From assembly GCA_038496445.1 (NCBI GenBank), contig JALMLS010000194.1, positions 1 to 64,000 of the forward strand: a stretch of 64,000 nucleotides of DNA, given 5' to 3'. Both the position numbers and the translations under genes were made by a program. The stretch comes from Trichosphaerium sp. ATCC 40318 (lineage: Eukaryota; Protista; Tubulinea). The number at the start of each line of letters is the position of its first letter. Positions within the stretch are counted from its first letter, which is position 1. The notes beneath the pieces are model-generated. The model ran no database searches. It was not told the origin of the DNA and saw only the letters and a program-made list of their open reading frames with translations. Shown here one piece after another: positions 40,951-53,287 of the stretch.

Positions 40951-42245
40951 CAACTCAAGTCTAACTACCTTGTTTGTCCAATTTTAAACGGCGCACAATC
41001 TGTATTATGATAATACCTAATGTACGTACCTGCAACTGAACAAAACCTAGCATAAAAATGAAAGTCTACCAAAAAAAAAAACTACCGTTAAAGAAAAGTC
41101 ATGACTATGCTTCTTGTGGAGGAAGACCTAAGCTGCAACAACATAGGAGTATTAGCTTGAACTTTGTTTGGCTTTTATTGTAGAGGTATCCCATTCGTAG
41201 GTGATAAGGGTTTACTGTTACCTCGTGCAGCTCCGTTGTGGTTTTTGGTCTTTTCTCCATCGCCCATACTCTACCTGGCGTCTATACAACAAAGGTAACG
41301 TTAGTTTAATTTCTTGCGCAACTTCTCATCTTTAGTAGCACAGCGCTCTAACTAGACAGCACCGAGTGATCCTTCTTTTAAGGCTCTCACTCAAAACCAC
41401 TTGTTATTTTGTCCCATTTTGTTTTGAGGTTACAACGCTCACAGTGCACACATATACAGTGTTGGGATTGCGTTTAGTGTTATTGCAGAACTAGTTGGGG
41501 TTTTTTTGTGTCTAATAGTCACACACGCGTGCTGAGGGTTGCTACGGTGTTAGTTGAGCAAAAAAAAAGCGAAAAGGCGTTTTGTCGCAAGTCGTTGCTT
41601 TACACATGCAACTGGGCACGTGTAACAGAAACCAACTGTGGTATTACTTCATTCAGGCATTAGCTTGTTTCACTGTCGGCTTTATTTATACGCATATCAC
41701 AGCCTTGGTATAAAAACCAAGTGTTAAACGCAACTAATGTTGGTGTTAAGATATCTGTTTATAAAGGTTACTCATACCTTCCATTTAGTGGCCATTGACG
41801 TATGATTTGCTTACTAGGATTAACTGATCGGATAAGTAGTCGTCATAACTCCCAATGTGGCCTTATGAAGATATTCAGTTTATCGAAGACTCAAAGCGCG
41901 TTCACCTGTTACATGGTTCAACAACAAGTCAATTTATCTATGTATCACGTCTCCTGAGCTTGATCTTAAATAGTTTGCCACTTAAGCGAAACTACAACAT
42001 CATCTCACTATAATTGCACAATGAGCACGGCAGCACCTCCTCGCAGTAATAGGGCTGCGTCACAGAGTTTAAAAACGCGCATTGGGTTATTCGCTGACAA
42101 ATTAAAAGAGTTTGACAAAGAGTACTGCAATACGTGCACAGAGTTCGATGAAGAGCAGGCGGACAGCCGTAAAGAGTTTGAAAGAGCGCTATAAAAAAAT
42201 AGACGCTAAACGCGAGGCACGTTTCAAAAGAAAGCGGGTTCTTTA

Positions 42246-42404
42246 TGCGGAAACCTTCTGCTCCTTGCGACCGTAGGGCTGCGTTAAAGGCGAGTTGAAG
42301 TTGAAAGCGTTTTGTTACTCTAAACTTGTTTAAAACTGCGTTTGTGGAAACCATCTGCTTTCTTGCGACCGTAGGGCCGCGTTAAGGGCGAGTTGATGTC
42401 GAAA
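42246..42404 (+). repeat. Imperfect ~60-bp GC-rich direct repeat (2 units, ~97 bp apart)
   Basis: TGCGGAAACCTTCTGCTCCTTGCGACCGTAGGGCTGCGTTAAAGGCGAGTTGA.. at 42246 and TGTGGAAACCATCTGCTTTCTTGCGACCGTAGGGCCGCGTTAAGGGCGAGTTGA.. at 42343. Confidence 0.75.
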
Positions 42405-42588
42405 ACTGTCGTTTGTATCAAGTTGGCAAATCTTTCTTTATTTTTGGTTTTAATCACTAACAGCGTGTGCTAGGCTGCTACTACTATGGATATTTTACAC
42501 AGTTTGATAACACAAAACGACTGTTTTCTGCAAAAATGTTGTACAAAAGGCGAGAATTCGTACTACATAAACCACCTCTCTAGTAAAC

Positions 42589-43138
42589 ATGGACAACGTC
42601 ATTCTACTTCTTGTGATTATGTGTATTGCTGTTAGCTACTGCAACCAATGCTATGGCTACTGTAATACTGCTGTCGTCTCTGGAACATGTGCAAATCCAA
42701 ATTGTAATTGCGACAGGTATGCTTGCCTCGGTTTATGCAATACTGGCGGATTTTGGGTATGAATAGAGTTAACACCTACAGCTCACTTATTCCTTATAGG
42801 AGCCAAAAAAGTGTAAAAGGCGCAAAGTGCACAGCTTGGTATCTATCAGACCAGTGACCATCAACACTTGGCAAAAGCTTCAGAAGTGCTATAATGCACA
42901 TAGGATACTACTATAATTATTCTCGTGTAAGCCACCATTTGTACTTACGCTAAACAAGGCACACCAAACCCGGTATCTTATGCTGATATTGTAAGTCAAA
43001 CGTTTCTTGCTATTGCTTTTTTTTTTTTTTGAGTATTGACATTGGTGTTTTTAGCAAGCATGTGCAAATATGTGTCCAAATGACGGAGATTATGGAAGTA
43101 CAATTTGCTTAGAAAACTGTAATTTCTTTTTGAAATAA
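42589..43138 (+). CDS. Small secreted cysteine-rich protein (possibly disrupted)
   Basis: MDNVILLLVIMCIAVSYCNQCYGYCNTAVVSGTCANPNCNCD|intron; last exon QACANMCPNDGDYGSTICLENCNFFLK*. The middle exon frame could not be joined cleanly. Confidence 0.45.
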
Positions 43139-43591
43139 TCATAGTTTCACATCCTTTTTTAAAAGGTTTAGTTTTTTTGGTGTTCAGTTATTTTTCACAC
43201 AAGTTCGAAAAAAGTTCAAAAAAAATGTGTTTGTTGGGACTCCAAAAGGTCGTCGTGTTTAACAGATTCGAAGAAATACAACATGCCGCCAAATTTCGCG
43301 AAATGTAGTGCAAACCCCGTGAAAGTTGGTATGAGTGAAGCTTGTAATTAGGATAACTCTATGGCACCTTAGAGTAATACAATGTCGTCAAAGACCAACT
43401 TCAGTCTGAGTATCTTGTTTGTAATTCGTTGTTTCTTCACAACTCGATTCGCACCTCAATCACGTGTAGCAATGTTTTTTTTCTGAAAGTGCGTTTTGAA
43501 AAAGACTATTTATTCTAAACTACAGTAATCATTACAAAGGGCTGCCTTGGATATTTTTCTAATAGGCACATGTGGTGTTCTCCCTTATAAT

Positions 43592-45376
43592 TCAAATGAT
43601 GTTGTTAAGCTTTGCTTTGGTGATTTTGATACGTTCCATCAAACTGAATCCAAGTTCAATCAGTACATCTTGGCTAATGTCGTCAGGTTTAATACGTAAT
43701 TCGTTCATCAACAATCCAAGTTCTTGTGCTCTCTCGCTTTTGATACCCAACCTCACAAGCGATAACTTCCAATTAATGATCTGTGGTTGTGTCGGTTGAA
43801 CAACAGTATCAATTGATTGAGTCTCATGTGGTGGACTGAATTGCGACTAAAATAATTATGTTATTTTTCTGTTTCTGAACGCAAAACAAAGATGGTTACC
43901 TTCTTGTTGGTGTTAACAACAGAAACTTGAGGCTTATCAATCCATGAATTTAGTGGCGGTATTTCATTCGTGTCATTTGGAGGTTGGAGATTGGATTCAT
44001 CAGGTGACGGAGTAAACACTTTGTCAGTCTACCAGGTTCGTTAGTGTTAAAAGCTATTTTTGTAATACAAACAATACATCTTTTTCTTGATTTAGTATTT
44101 TAAAGGCTTCAAAGGCATCTTGAATGATATCAAGATGTTCAGGGGCATCTCCAAACTTGGTGTAGTCGCGATTGGGATCAACCACGGCTTTTGACAAGTA
44201 CTTATCTTTTCTGTCTTCTTTTAACTCTGCATTCATTGCTTTCATGTCATTGTCTTTGGCTTTGCAAGTATCTTTGTTTGTTTGCTAATGACTTGTCAAA
44301 TAGACAGAAAGATGAATGAGATTACAAAGTACCTTTTGGTGATTGTTGAATGTTAACTTTTGTCGTGTTGATTCACCAAAATGATTATTTCCACCTGTGA
44401 CCAACTGAAAGTCATGAGATATTGCCAAGTAATGATTTAATTTATTGGCAAACTCAAGATATTTTCCAGGTAATTTTAATGGTTTGTTTGATGAGAACGA
44501 ATCAATCCATTTCCCTTCACCCCAACCAAACAAACAACCTTCATCATCAATCGCAAATGATGTACATATACCAGCATGTACAGATTTGATGTTATTGAGT
44601 CCTTTGATGATACCCTGGCCATACTTGTCATCAATACCCAACCCAAGACGCCCATCCTCGTTGTGTCCAAAAGAAAATACTTGTCCTGACTTGAGGAGAA
44701 CAAGTACATGCTCATAACCAGTGGCAATATCAGTGGCATCATCAATACTTGGAACACGTGAAATTGTCTTTGGATTCAAGAATAATGATTTATCTCTTGC
44801 TTCATCTTTTGTTGTTCCCCAAAGAAAGACATGACCTGTTGACGTCATTGCTCCACTTACAAACAAATTAGTTTGAATTTTTTGAACATTTTGAAGATTT
44901 GGAATAACCGTTGGTGATGAAACTTTCCAATTGTCGAATGAATGACCCAATCCTTGATATATGTTGTTTCCCCAAGAGTAGACATGACCTGATTTTGATA
45001 ACGCCATACTCACATGAAAGGCAGAGACTTTCGTGATATTGTTGAGATTTGGAACACGTGTTGGTGACGAAACAGGTGACACAAAGTCACCCAGACCCAA
45101 TGCGCCATATGAATTACAGCCCCATGCATACACAATACCGTTTGAATCAACTGCAAGGCTATGTTCGTATCCAGCAGCAATACAGACGATATTTACGAGT
45201 GATTTTATTGGTCTTGCGATATAACTCTCATTTTCGTCTGTATTACCCAATTGGCGATAGTTTTGTCCCCACGTGTAAACAAAGCCATCGTCTGCGATTA
45301 CCATTGAATGGTATCCACCAGAGGCTAAACGGTTAACATATTGTAATTTAACCGACAAAGATTGTGGTTCTGCCAT
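43592..45376 (-). CDS. RCC1-linker-SAM copy G (intact)
   Basis: ORF 44285-45376 is the RCC1 exon. 3' exons and introns are nearly identical to copy F, in inverted orientation; TGA at 43592. Confidence 0.88.
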
Positions 45377-45652
45377 TTAAACGCGTGTAATGAGCTCAAA
45401 TTGATATTTAATTTTGATAGCCAAATCTCAACTATCTAGAGCGAATTTTGCTAAGCAGTGCCACTTGTTGTACACACGTAAATACGCATGGGAAACATGT
45501 TGTCACTAGTTTTAGTGCGTTTGTGTTATTTTGAAAGTCAAAAAAAAATCAATACTGTTTACGCGCAAAAAAAGTCAAATTTTTGCTGCGAAGAATTTAA
45601 ATCACTATTTCCTCCACTTGTTAGGCTTTGGCAGTACTGATACTGCTGTTGC

Positions 45653-46427
45653 ATGGCGCAGGTGGAACGTTGTGTGTGCTGTGAATACGTCAGGGCTGCT
45701 AAAGGCTCTAGAGTTACAGTACATTACAAAAATGACCAATGGCACATGGGAAGCTTTCTTTGTTTGTTAGATGTGCATAGCGAAGCGGATAAAGGATTTG
45801 CGTGTGCTCAGTGTCGGAATGAAAACGCAATTGCGGTAAAGGTATGTCTAAAACCAAAAAACGGCAGCCAAAAGCCGACAAACTCTACAGCACCTATTTT
45901 ACTACTACTTCTGAGAGTTTGGCTTCCATTTTTTGATTTTGGCTTGAGATTTCAGGCCAACACAAAATCACATGCCTATTTTTTTTTTACCAACTTCCTC
46001 AAAGTGTTGTTAACGCATCTATAAGGCGTTTAAGAGGAGAGGAAGGCCTATTGGACCGTTTTCAAAACTCAAATCAAAAAAATACCAAAAACAGTGCGTC
46101 AAACTACTCCAATAATCACACTTACACAAGGATAGGCAGTTGGATGCGTTTAACAACAAAGTGCAAAACACGTGGTAGCGTTTCTTAAAACTCAAAGTAG
46201 GTATGCAAGAAGGTGCAGAGTTACAGTATCAAGTTCGAAAAATAGAGTTGCTTGAATACGAGAGTAGTAAACAAGAAAAAAACTTTGAATTTTGGGAATT
46301 GGATGAGGATTTTGTTGCTAGTCAAGTTCCTGCTAATGATAAAAGAGTACGCAAGGCATTTGACTGGAGCACACTAGATGTTTTGGATGAAAATAATGGC
46401 ATTGGAGATGAGCCTTTTTGTCTTTAA
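45653..46427 (+). other. Possible small Cys/His-rich (zinc-finger-like) gene or remnant
   Basis: MAQVERCVCCEY...CLLDVHS...CAQC followed by a GT donor and an acidic final exon. Gene structure not resolved. Confidence 0.25.
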
Positions 46428-49400
46428 TACGGAAAAATGACAAAAAAACTTAATCGACTGATGGAGAATGGTCAATAGTTTTTAGAGCTCTCTTAAGCTA
46501 CACGCATATACCTAACATATAGTAGCTTGTATACAAAAAATAAATTCACTGTTTTACAGGTTTCTAAGTTGTTGACGATTTTTTTTCCAAATGGGTACTG
46601 CTTAGTAAAATTCGCTCTATTGACGCAACAGCATGTAACCTAACATGCATTTTTCGTCAGTGAGCCTTTATTGATCTTTATCTAATCATACTAGTAACTT
46701 GAAAAAAATGTCCGACGATATTTTTAACGGGCTCATTTTTTATACAAACAAGAGGCGAGTGCCGTAGCCCAACCTTGTTAATAAATAATAATAACTACAA
46801 GATAATTACATCGAAAAAAATCGCCATCCAGCTTACCCAATCAGGCTCCGAGATTTGTTTGCCATGGAGAGCCACGTGCCATCATACGTTGTGTGTGACT
46901 AATTAAAAAAAAACATGCCGGTTGTCGAAAAAGCCAGGGTTACCAACGGGCTGGACCGCATATCCAAGTGGGGACTGTTGATTAGCAGTACTTTGTATAG
47001 AAGTCGTTACAAGAGGCTTTTGAGAAGGACAAGGCACGAGGAACACTGGGATTATTTGGTTTTTGTTGCTAGTTGAGCAGGTGGCAACGCAATTAGAACA
47101 GCCCTCAACTAAAAAGATTTGTATCTTTCAATAAAACCCAATTCTCAATGATAAAAGAACAATGTGTCAGCCGTTATTTTTTTCCAAGCAAGCTTCTTGC
47201 ATTCAAACTAAACAATGTTCATCGAAAAAGCATAAAGACAATATCTGATAAAAGCTATTCAAAAAAATAAAAATAAAATATTTCAAGTTTTGGTGTATCA
47301 AATTCTCTACATCTCTGACCTTTTGGGCGCTAATCTGATGCTACGAAACAAAAAAGCAACCCTTTCATTAAAAACTTGCAGGTATTTTCCAACGAACAAG
47401 TCTCTTAACTTCGAACATTGTAGTTTTTCAGAGGTGTCTGCGCTGAATGTTTACTATTTACAATGTGATCTTTCCCAGAGCCCTCTATGCAGAGGAAACT
47501 GAAACCTCTTTCTCGCCCTACGACATAGACTGACTGAACACGGAGCGCTTGTTACTAAAATACTCATAAAGAACTTCTGTTATTATAGCGTCATCCATAA
47601 TACGACTTGCAGTACAAGACAGCACAAAGAAAAAACACATTTAAACGGCCGGTGACATAACATACTGGAAAACTTACAACTTACTCACCTAATTGTGAAC
47701 GCATTAATCGATACCATACTCCGCTGTAACACCGAACATAGGAGAATATTATTTCTAAAATATCGGGTAAATCAAACAAGCGCGAAGCAACGCAGCAAAC
47801 AACAAAAACTTTTTTACTTCATGAATCACGTGTCAAAAAAAAAAAAATACTCGAGAGTTTTCAGGCGGTCATACTTTTTTCTCCAATCGTTATCGTCAAC
47901 GAGAAGCACGTGGTAACGTTGGTGACAGTAAATCAAAGAACTCTGGTTTTAAAAACCCAAAAAAACAATACGTCATGATAGTAATCACGTGATATTGTAG
48001 AACTAGAGTATCGCTTGAGGTTCTAGAATTACTTCGTAATTTTTTTGTAAAACATTTGTTTAAAAACAGCGCTAGTCGCGAAAAAACGTCATGTGGGTTA
48101 CTACAGTGGTTTTTCTGATGTTTTTTACGCTGCGCTAGTTTGTTCTTTACTTACTATGGAGTCGCCACAACGAGATTTTCGTGAAGTAATGAAGTAGGTA
48201 CCGACGCGAGTACTAGTATTGCCTCATGTTACAGTATTGACACGTGCGATCTAATACTGAATTACGACAATCGGAAAATAAAAAAAAAACTTCAACTCGC
48301 CACCAAAGTTTTTTTATGGGTCGCACTCTAGATCGCCTTGGTAATCCACGACGCATCCATAAGTACGCTCAGCACTGTTTTGAAAGTTTTTGGCAGCAAA
48401 CTGCATTGCGTCACATTACCATAACCCGCAAAAAACGCTTTAAAACGCTTCCTTTTTTAGTAACGCCTGAAACGTCACTATCTTTTTTCTTTTTTTTTTT
48501 GTACCAAAGTGACACTTTTAAACTTGGAAGTAACAAGCGATATCATAAACGACAATGTAGTTTCTCATCAAACCATACGTTTTATTTACAATAGAGATAT
48601 GTACAAAGAGTTACAAGTGGTTACGGTGTTTTTCTGTTTTAGGCTTTAGGAGAAATTTCGCTTTTTTTCAAGGCGTGTCCTGTTTGGTTTGTTACCCAAA
48701 TTTCCGAAAAACGTCTTGATCCTGAAGTCGTACAGTACATGCATTAGAAGCCTTAGGTACAAGAGCGAAAGCAGATAATCGCCTCTTTTGAAGTGGTTGA
48801 AACTCAAACAAGAAAAAGTTGTCTGGCACTTTACTGTATGAGCTATTTACGTTGTATGTAGTATTGAAGTGTTGTAATTGGTAAAGTCCTTTAACAGGCC
48901 TAGCAATACACGTGCTTTCTTTGTGTCCCTTCTTACTACCTCCTCGGCTTACTTTGAACTTTGTCACTATGTTATATCAGTAAACAGCTCAGTAAAGAAT
49001 ACGCTAAGCGTATAGAAAAGCAATTTGAAGATGTTTGAGTGATTGCGTACCGTAAGGGGAAATTAACTTTCTGTAAAGTCTTGCAGTGCGTCGTCGCTTG
49101 GCGCAGTTGCTCTCTTGTGATAACTGTCTGTGTTGACGTGCTGTGGTTGCTGGCATTTGAGTTGAGTTGATCTGATTTATGGCGATATTTAGCTGTGGTT
49201 CTTAGGAAGTTCTCTTCCAATGTGATCTATTGGTGTACACCAAAACAATAGCTTATCGGAAATGTACGGGCTACGCGTTCTAGAAAACCTACAGTTGTCA
49301 TCACCAAGTGCTATAGGATCGCAATAGGTGAGTTAGTAACTTTTTTTTTTTCCAATCAATTCTGCTGTGCGTAGATGGATAACGTCATAACTGTATTTTG

Positions 49401-49836
49401 AGATTTTGAAGTATTAGATCAACATGAACTCTTATGAGTTTGTTTTCTATGTTTAGCGTACAAAAAAGTGTCAAGCGTCAAAATAAAAAAATGAGTTAAT
49501 ACGAGCTAAAAACAGCTACGCTGCAATATGTGTATGCTAAGAAAGACAAAGAGACAAGTTAAAAAAGCATTTATTGAAATTTAGAAACCACGTAAACATG
49601 GTCTACAAAAAACACCAAGTTGACGCAAACATGCGTAAAAATAAAGAATCAAACTCATCTGATCGCGTCAGACCACCCAATAAGAAAAAAAAATCTCATC
49701 AGAAATAAAAAAAAACAAGAATTGATTAAAAAACGCTCTTAGGTGTTTAGCCTCTTTTACTTTACATATTGTAATAAAGAACACTTGACACTTTGGTCGT
49801 ACGACGGTCACAGTCTCTTTTAACTTTAGTTTTTTT

Positions 49837-52800
49837 TTAGAAATTCTCCTTGTGGTAGACAAATTTGGTACCGTTCCTCGTGTACTTTATAGCAGCCTCA
49901 TTAAGCTTCTTAGAGAAAATAGGAGGTCCACAAAAGAACACTCCTATTTTTTCGCCCTTGTATCGCTGCTCCTGTTGCTGGAATATCTGCGGTATCTTAG
50001 GCCTGTGGTAGTTTGTACGGGCTTCAAGACTAAACAAAAAAAGAAAACGTCAGAAGAGAGATATTTGGGTTTAAACGTTTAAAAAATGGAAACGTTTTTT
50101 GGAAAGTCTCAGACATAAATGTGTGAACTAAACAATCTTTTTATTGCTACGGCAAGAAATTTACGTTCAAGTAACATGAATAAAATAGTTTGATAAAAAC
50201 ACGTAGATGCGTAGACGCGTAAAAAGTAAGAAAATAAACAAAACTACAAAAAAAAAATTTTAAATGCTTACCCAGTTACTTGATCAGGGGCATCATCACC
50301 AGCGATCATAACAGCCTTTATTTGATCAGGAGAGAGCGCAGAAGTTAAATAGATATTAATCTCGAGGAAATCACTGCTTGACTTAGATTCTAGATCTATA
50401 ATAGATAGGGTAAACATAAGCGATGTTTGGACCGATTGTTGTGAATTAGAAATAAAAGCCAAAATAATTCAATCTTTAATAAAAAAAGTTGTAGACGCAA
50501 GTTTACGCAAAACAACGCTTATTTGAGAGCATTACGTGTGCGTAGAGGTTTGTTTTTTATTTGTTAGAAAAAGGGTATTGTTGGCACTGTGTAACGGCAT
50601 AAATGACGCTAGATCACCATGACAATAATAGAGATTTTGAATTGGGTATAAGCCATACGATAATAAAACAAAAAAATCCAATTAACGAAAGGGTTTACGC
50701 GTAAACATATTTTTTGCCCAACTTTGAGAAAAGGGAAAAAAAAAACTGCGTTTAGGAAAAAAGTCTGACAACTCAATTGATTATAAAAACTGACGCTATG
50801 GCGCGTAGAGAAGACAGTCTAGATTTTTTTCCAAATGGCGTTATACAGTAAAATCTTTTTTGTAGACTAGAATAGAATTAACACACGTACCGGATAGTAG
50901 ATCAATGAACCATTCGAAGGCATGACGATCTCTGTTGGACCAATAAAAGTGCACTTTGTTAAGGTTTGTTAGATTTCCTTCGTCTATTTGGTAACGGATG
51001 TCCTTTAGGATGGATGCCATTGGCGTAACACCGATACCAGCTGAGAAGAGCATCAAATTCTTAAATTTGTAGAACTCCTCTGAAGCAGCTCCATAAGGCC
51101 CATCAACGAGCAGGATAGGCTTTCCGTTTGGTGCAGTCAACATGTTTTCCTGTATAACACCAATTTCTTTTTCTGGGTTGAGAAGCTGGTAGAGTTCTCC
51201 TGTCCAATCACCAACAATCTAAATTACATTAAATCAGCAAATTTTTTTATAACCTAGCAACAGCACCAACTCAAACAGTGTGCTTAACGCCTTTCACTTT
51301 AAGCCAGAAATGCACGTAAATAAAAAATACAACTACACGTACTCGAATATGAACTGATAAGAAATCTTCGTCAGGACTACTACTGATAGTAAAAGGATGC
51401 CACTCGTAGTCAGCAATATATGGACATTGCAAAAAGATGTATTGACCTGGCTGGTAGTTGAAGGTAGCTTTCTTCATACGAATCTCCAATACGCGTGAAG
51501 GGTGTTGTATTGCCTTTAAAATAATAGTCTTTTGAGAACCACGGATGAGTCTGATAAGACGTTCAAGAGCATAGAACGAAAATGGTCCAAGAACCCAAAT
51601 CCAAAAGTTTGCACGCTCAAGTAGCTCCAATTGACCTTTTTCGTAAAGTGTAAGTGAAAGAAATACAAAAAGGGTTTTTCGAGTTATGAATCTACACGCG
51701 TAGCACGCGTAGTTCAAATTTACAATTACTAAATACTATTTTGTAGACTTGTTTAATATGCATAAAAACGTACCATGTGCGGCTATGAGACCATAGAAAA
51801 CAATAAAGAGATGGTGAGTGTACCAAAAGGCCTCAAACATATTGCTCCTCACGTATTGCACAGCAGACGTGTACATTAGAACCATCACAATACTAGTGAG
51901 TACCCCAGTGATACCAGGAAGGCGAGCAAACACCTACAATAAAAAAATTAAATAAATAAATCTCTTTATACCAACCAACGCAACATAGTATTTAATGACG
52001 CAATGGTACAACAAAAAAGAACGATTTGGGAAATGAAAAAAACAAAAAAAACAAAAAACAAAAATGAGCGAAAATGTCGTCCTTCGTTGTGCTTTATAGA
52101 AGTACGTACAACAACCCAATAAGATACAGGATCAGGTGAGAGGTTCAATGCAACCAATTCATCAGATGTAGCACGGTTACTTGTGACATTCCAGAAATTA
52201 ATAAAATGAGCTCCAGAATGGAATGTAACCAAAACCATTACCCACCAAGCTACGAACTTGTGGAATACTATATTCTTATCTATAGGTAGATACGTGCCAA
52301 CGAATGAGCCGCGAAGACTAAAAATCATCAGCGAAATTTTTTTTTGTTTTTTTCAAATAAGTCTTATTTAGCTTCGTTTTCTTTGCAGTATTCGAGTTGT
52401 CAGCTTGTTTTGTTTGCTCCAAAATTACGTACAAAGATAAAAAGTTTCTCAGTACGCAAACAAGAAGAAACGCCGCGTTAAACTTAATAGCAGCTGCTGT
52501 ACCGCGAGCAATACATAAACCGTGACCAAGGACCTAAAAAAGGTATTTAGCGGCTAATTTAGTTTACTTATTCTTTCTTTAAAAACAACCCATTTACTGT
52601 ATTGAGCGCGTATGTTTATAGCAAAAGAGTATTTTTGCGTACTTGAAAAGGAGTAATCTGAATACCTGGTGTAAGGTCGCTTTGGTCTTGTCTTACCATG
52701 TAATCTTTGCAATGGCGTTAGCTAATTGGAATTTCGTAATAACCGTACAGTGGTACCGTTCTCCGATTAACACAATGTTAATTATAACGTAAACTATTAT

Positions 52801-53145
52801 GAATATCAGTTTGACGCCATCATTTACCCAGTAATCGTGTATTCGTTCGCGTATTGTCTTTTTGAGTTTAGAAGCTGTTGAAGGAGTACCAACGGGATCT
52901 ATTGAGCCTTGTGGGGCTGTACTTATTCCAGCCAAAGGCTCTTTGTTGCTCTTTGCCTTTTTGCCAGGTTTTGCAGCTTTAGGTTTATCAAAACTATCGT
53001 CGTCCTGTGGCGGTAGCGCTGGCGGTGCGTTAGTGTATTGCTCAGCCGATTCATCGTCGTCCATTGGAGGCAATGGCGGAAGCCCGCGAGGATTGTTCTC
53101 TTCGGGCTCAGGAGGAAGTGGTGGTGGTGCTCGATTAGATGCCAT
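49837..53145 (-). CDS. nox: NADPH oxidase (gp91phox/Nox family) with a Pro/acidic N-terminal extension, multi-exon
   Basis: Heme His motifs FHKFVAW...HSGAH and FWYTHHLF...AAHG; FAD motif EWHPFTISS; NADPH motifs VDGPYG, GIGVTP, GVFFCGP; terminal HKENF*. Confidence 0.95.
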
Positions 53146-53287
53146 AGTGTAACAGCGCCAAACAAGTTACTTTTGTGCAGTTTTTTGATTTGGGATAAAA
53201 AAAGTCTGGCTAACCTTTAACGGCACTGACTTTGATTAAAATTGTTTGGAGTAGCTTGTAGGCGTTTATAAACGTTACCAAACCATC

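Noticed and set aside
47400-49400. ORFs 48692-48967 and 48972-49220 as a gene
   Set aside because: No recognisable domain and no consistent spliced model could be built by eye.
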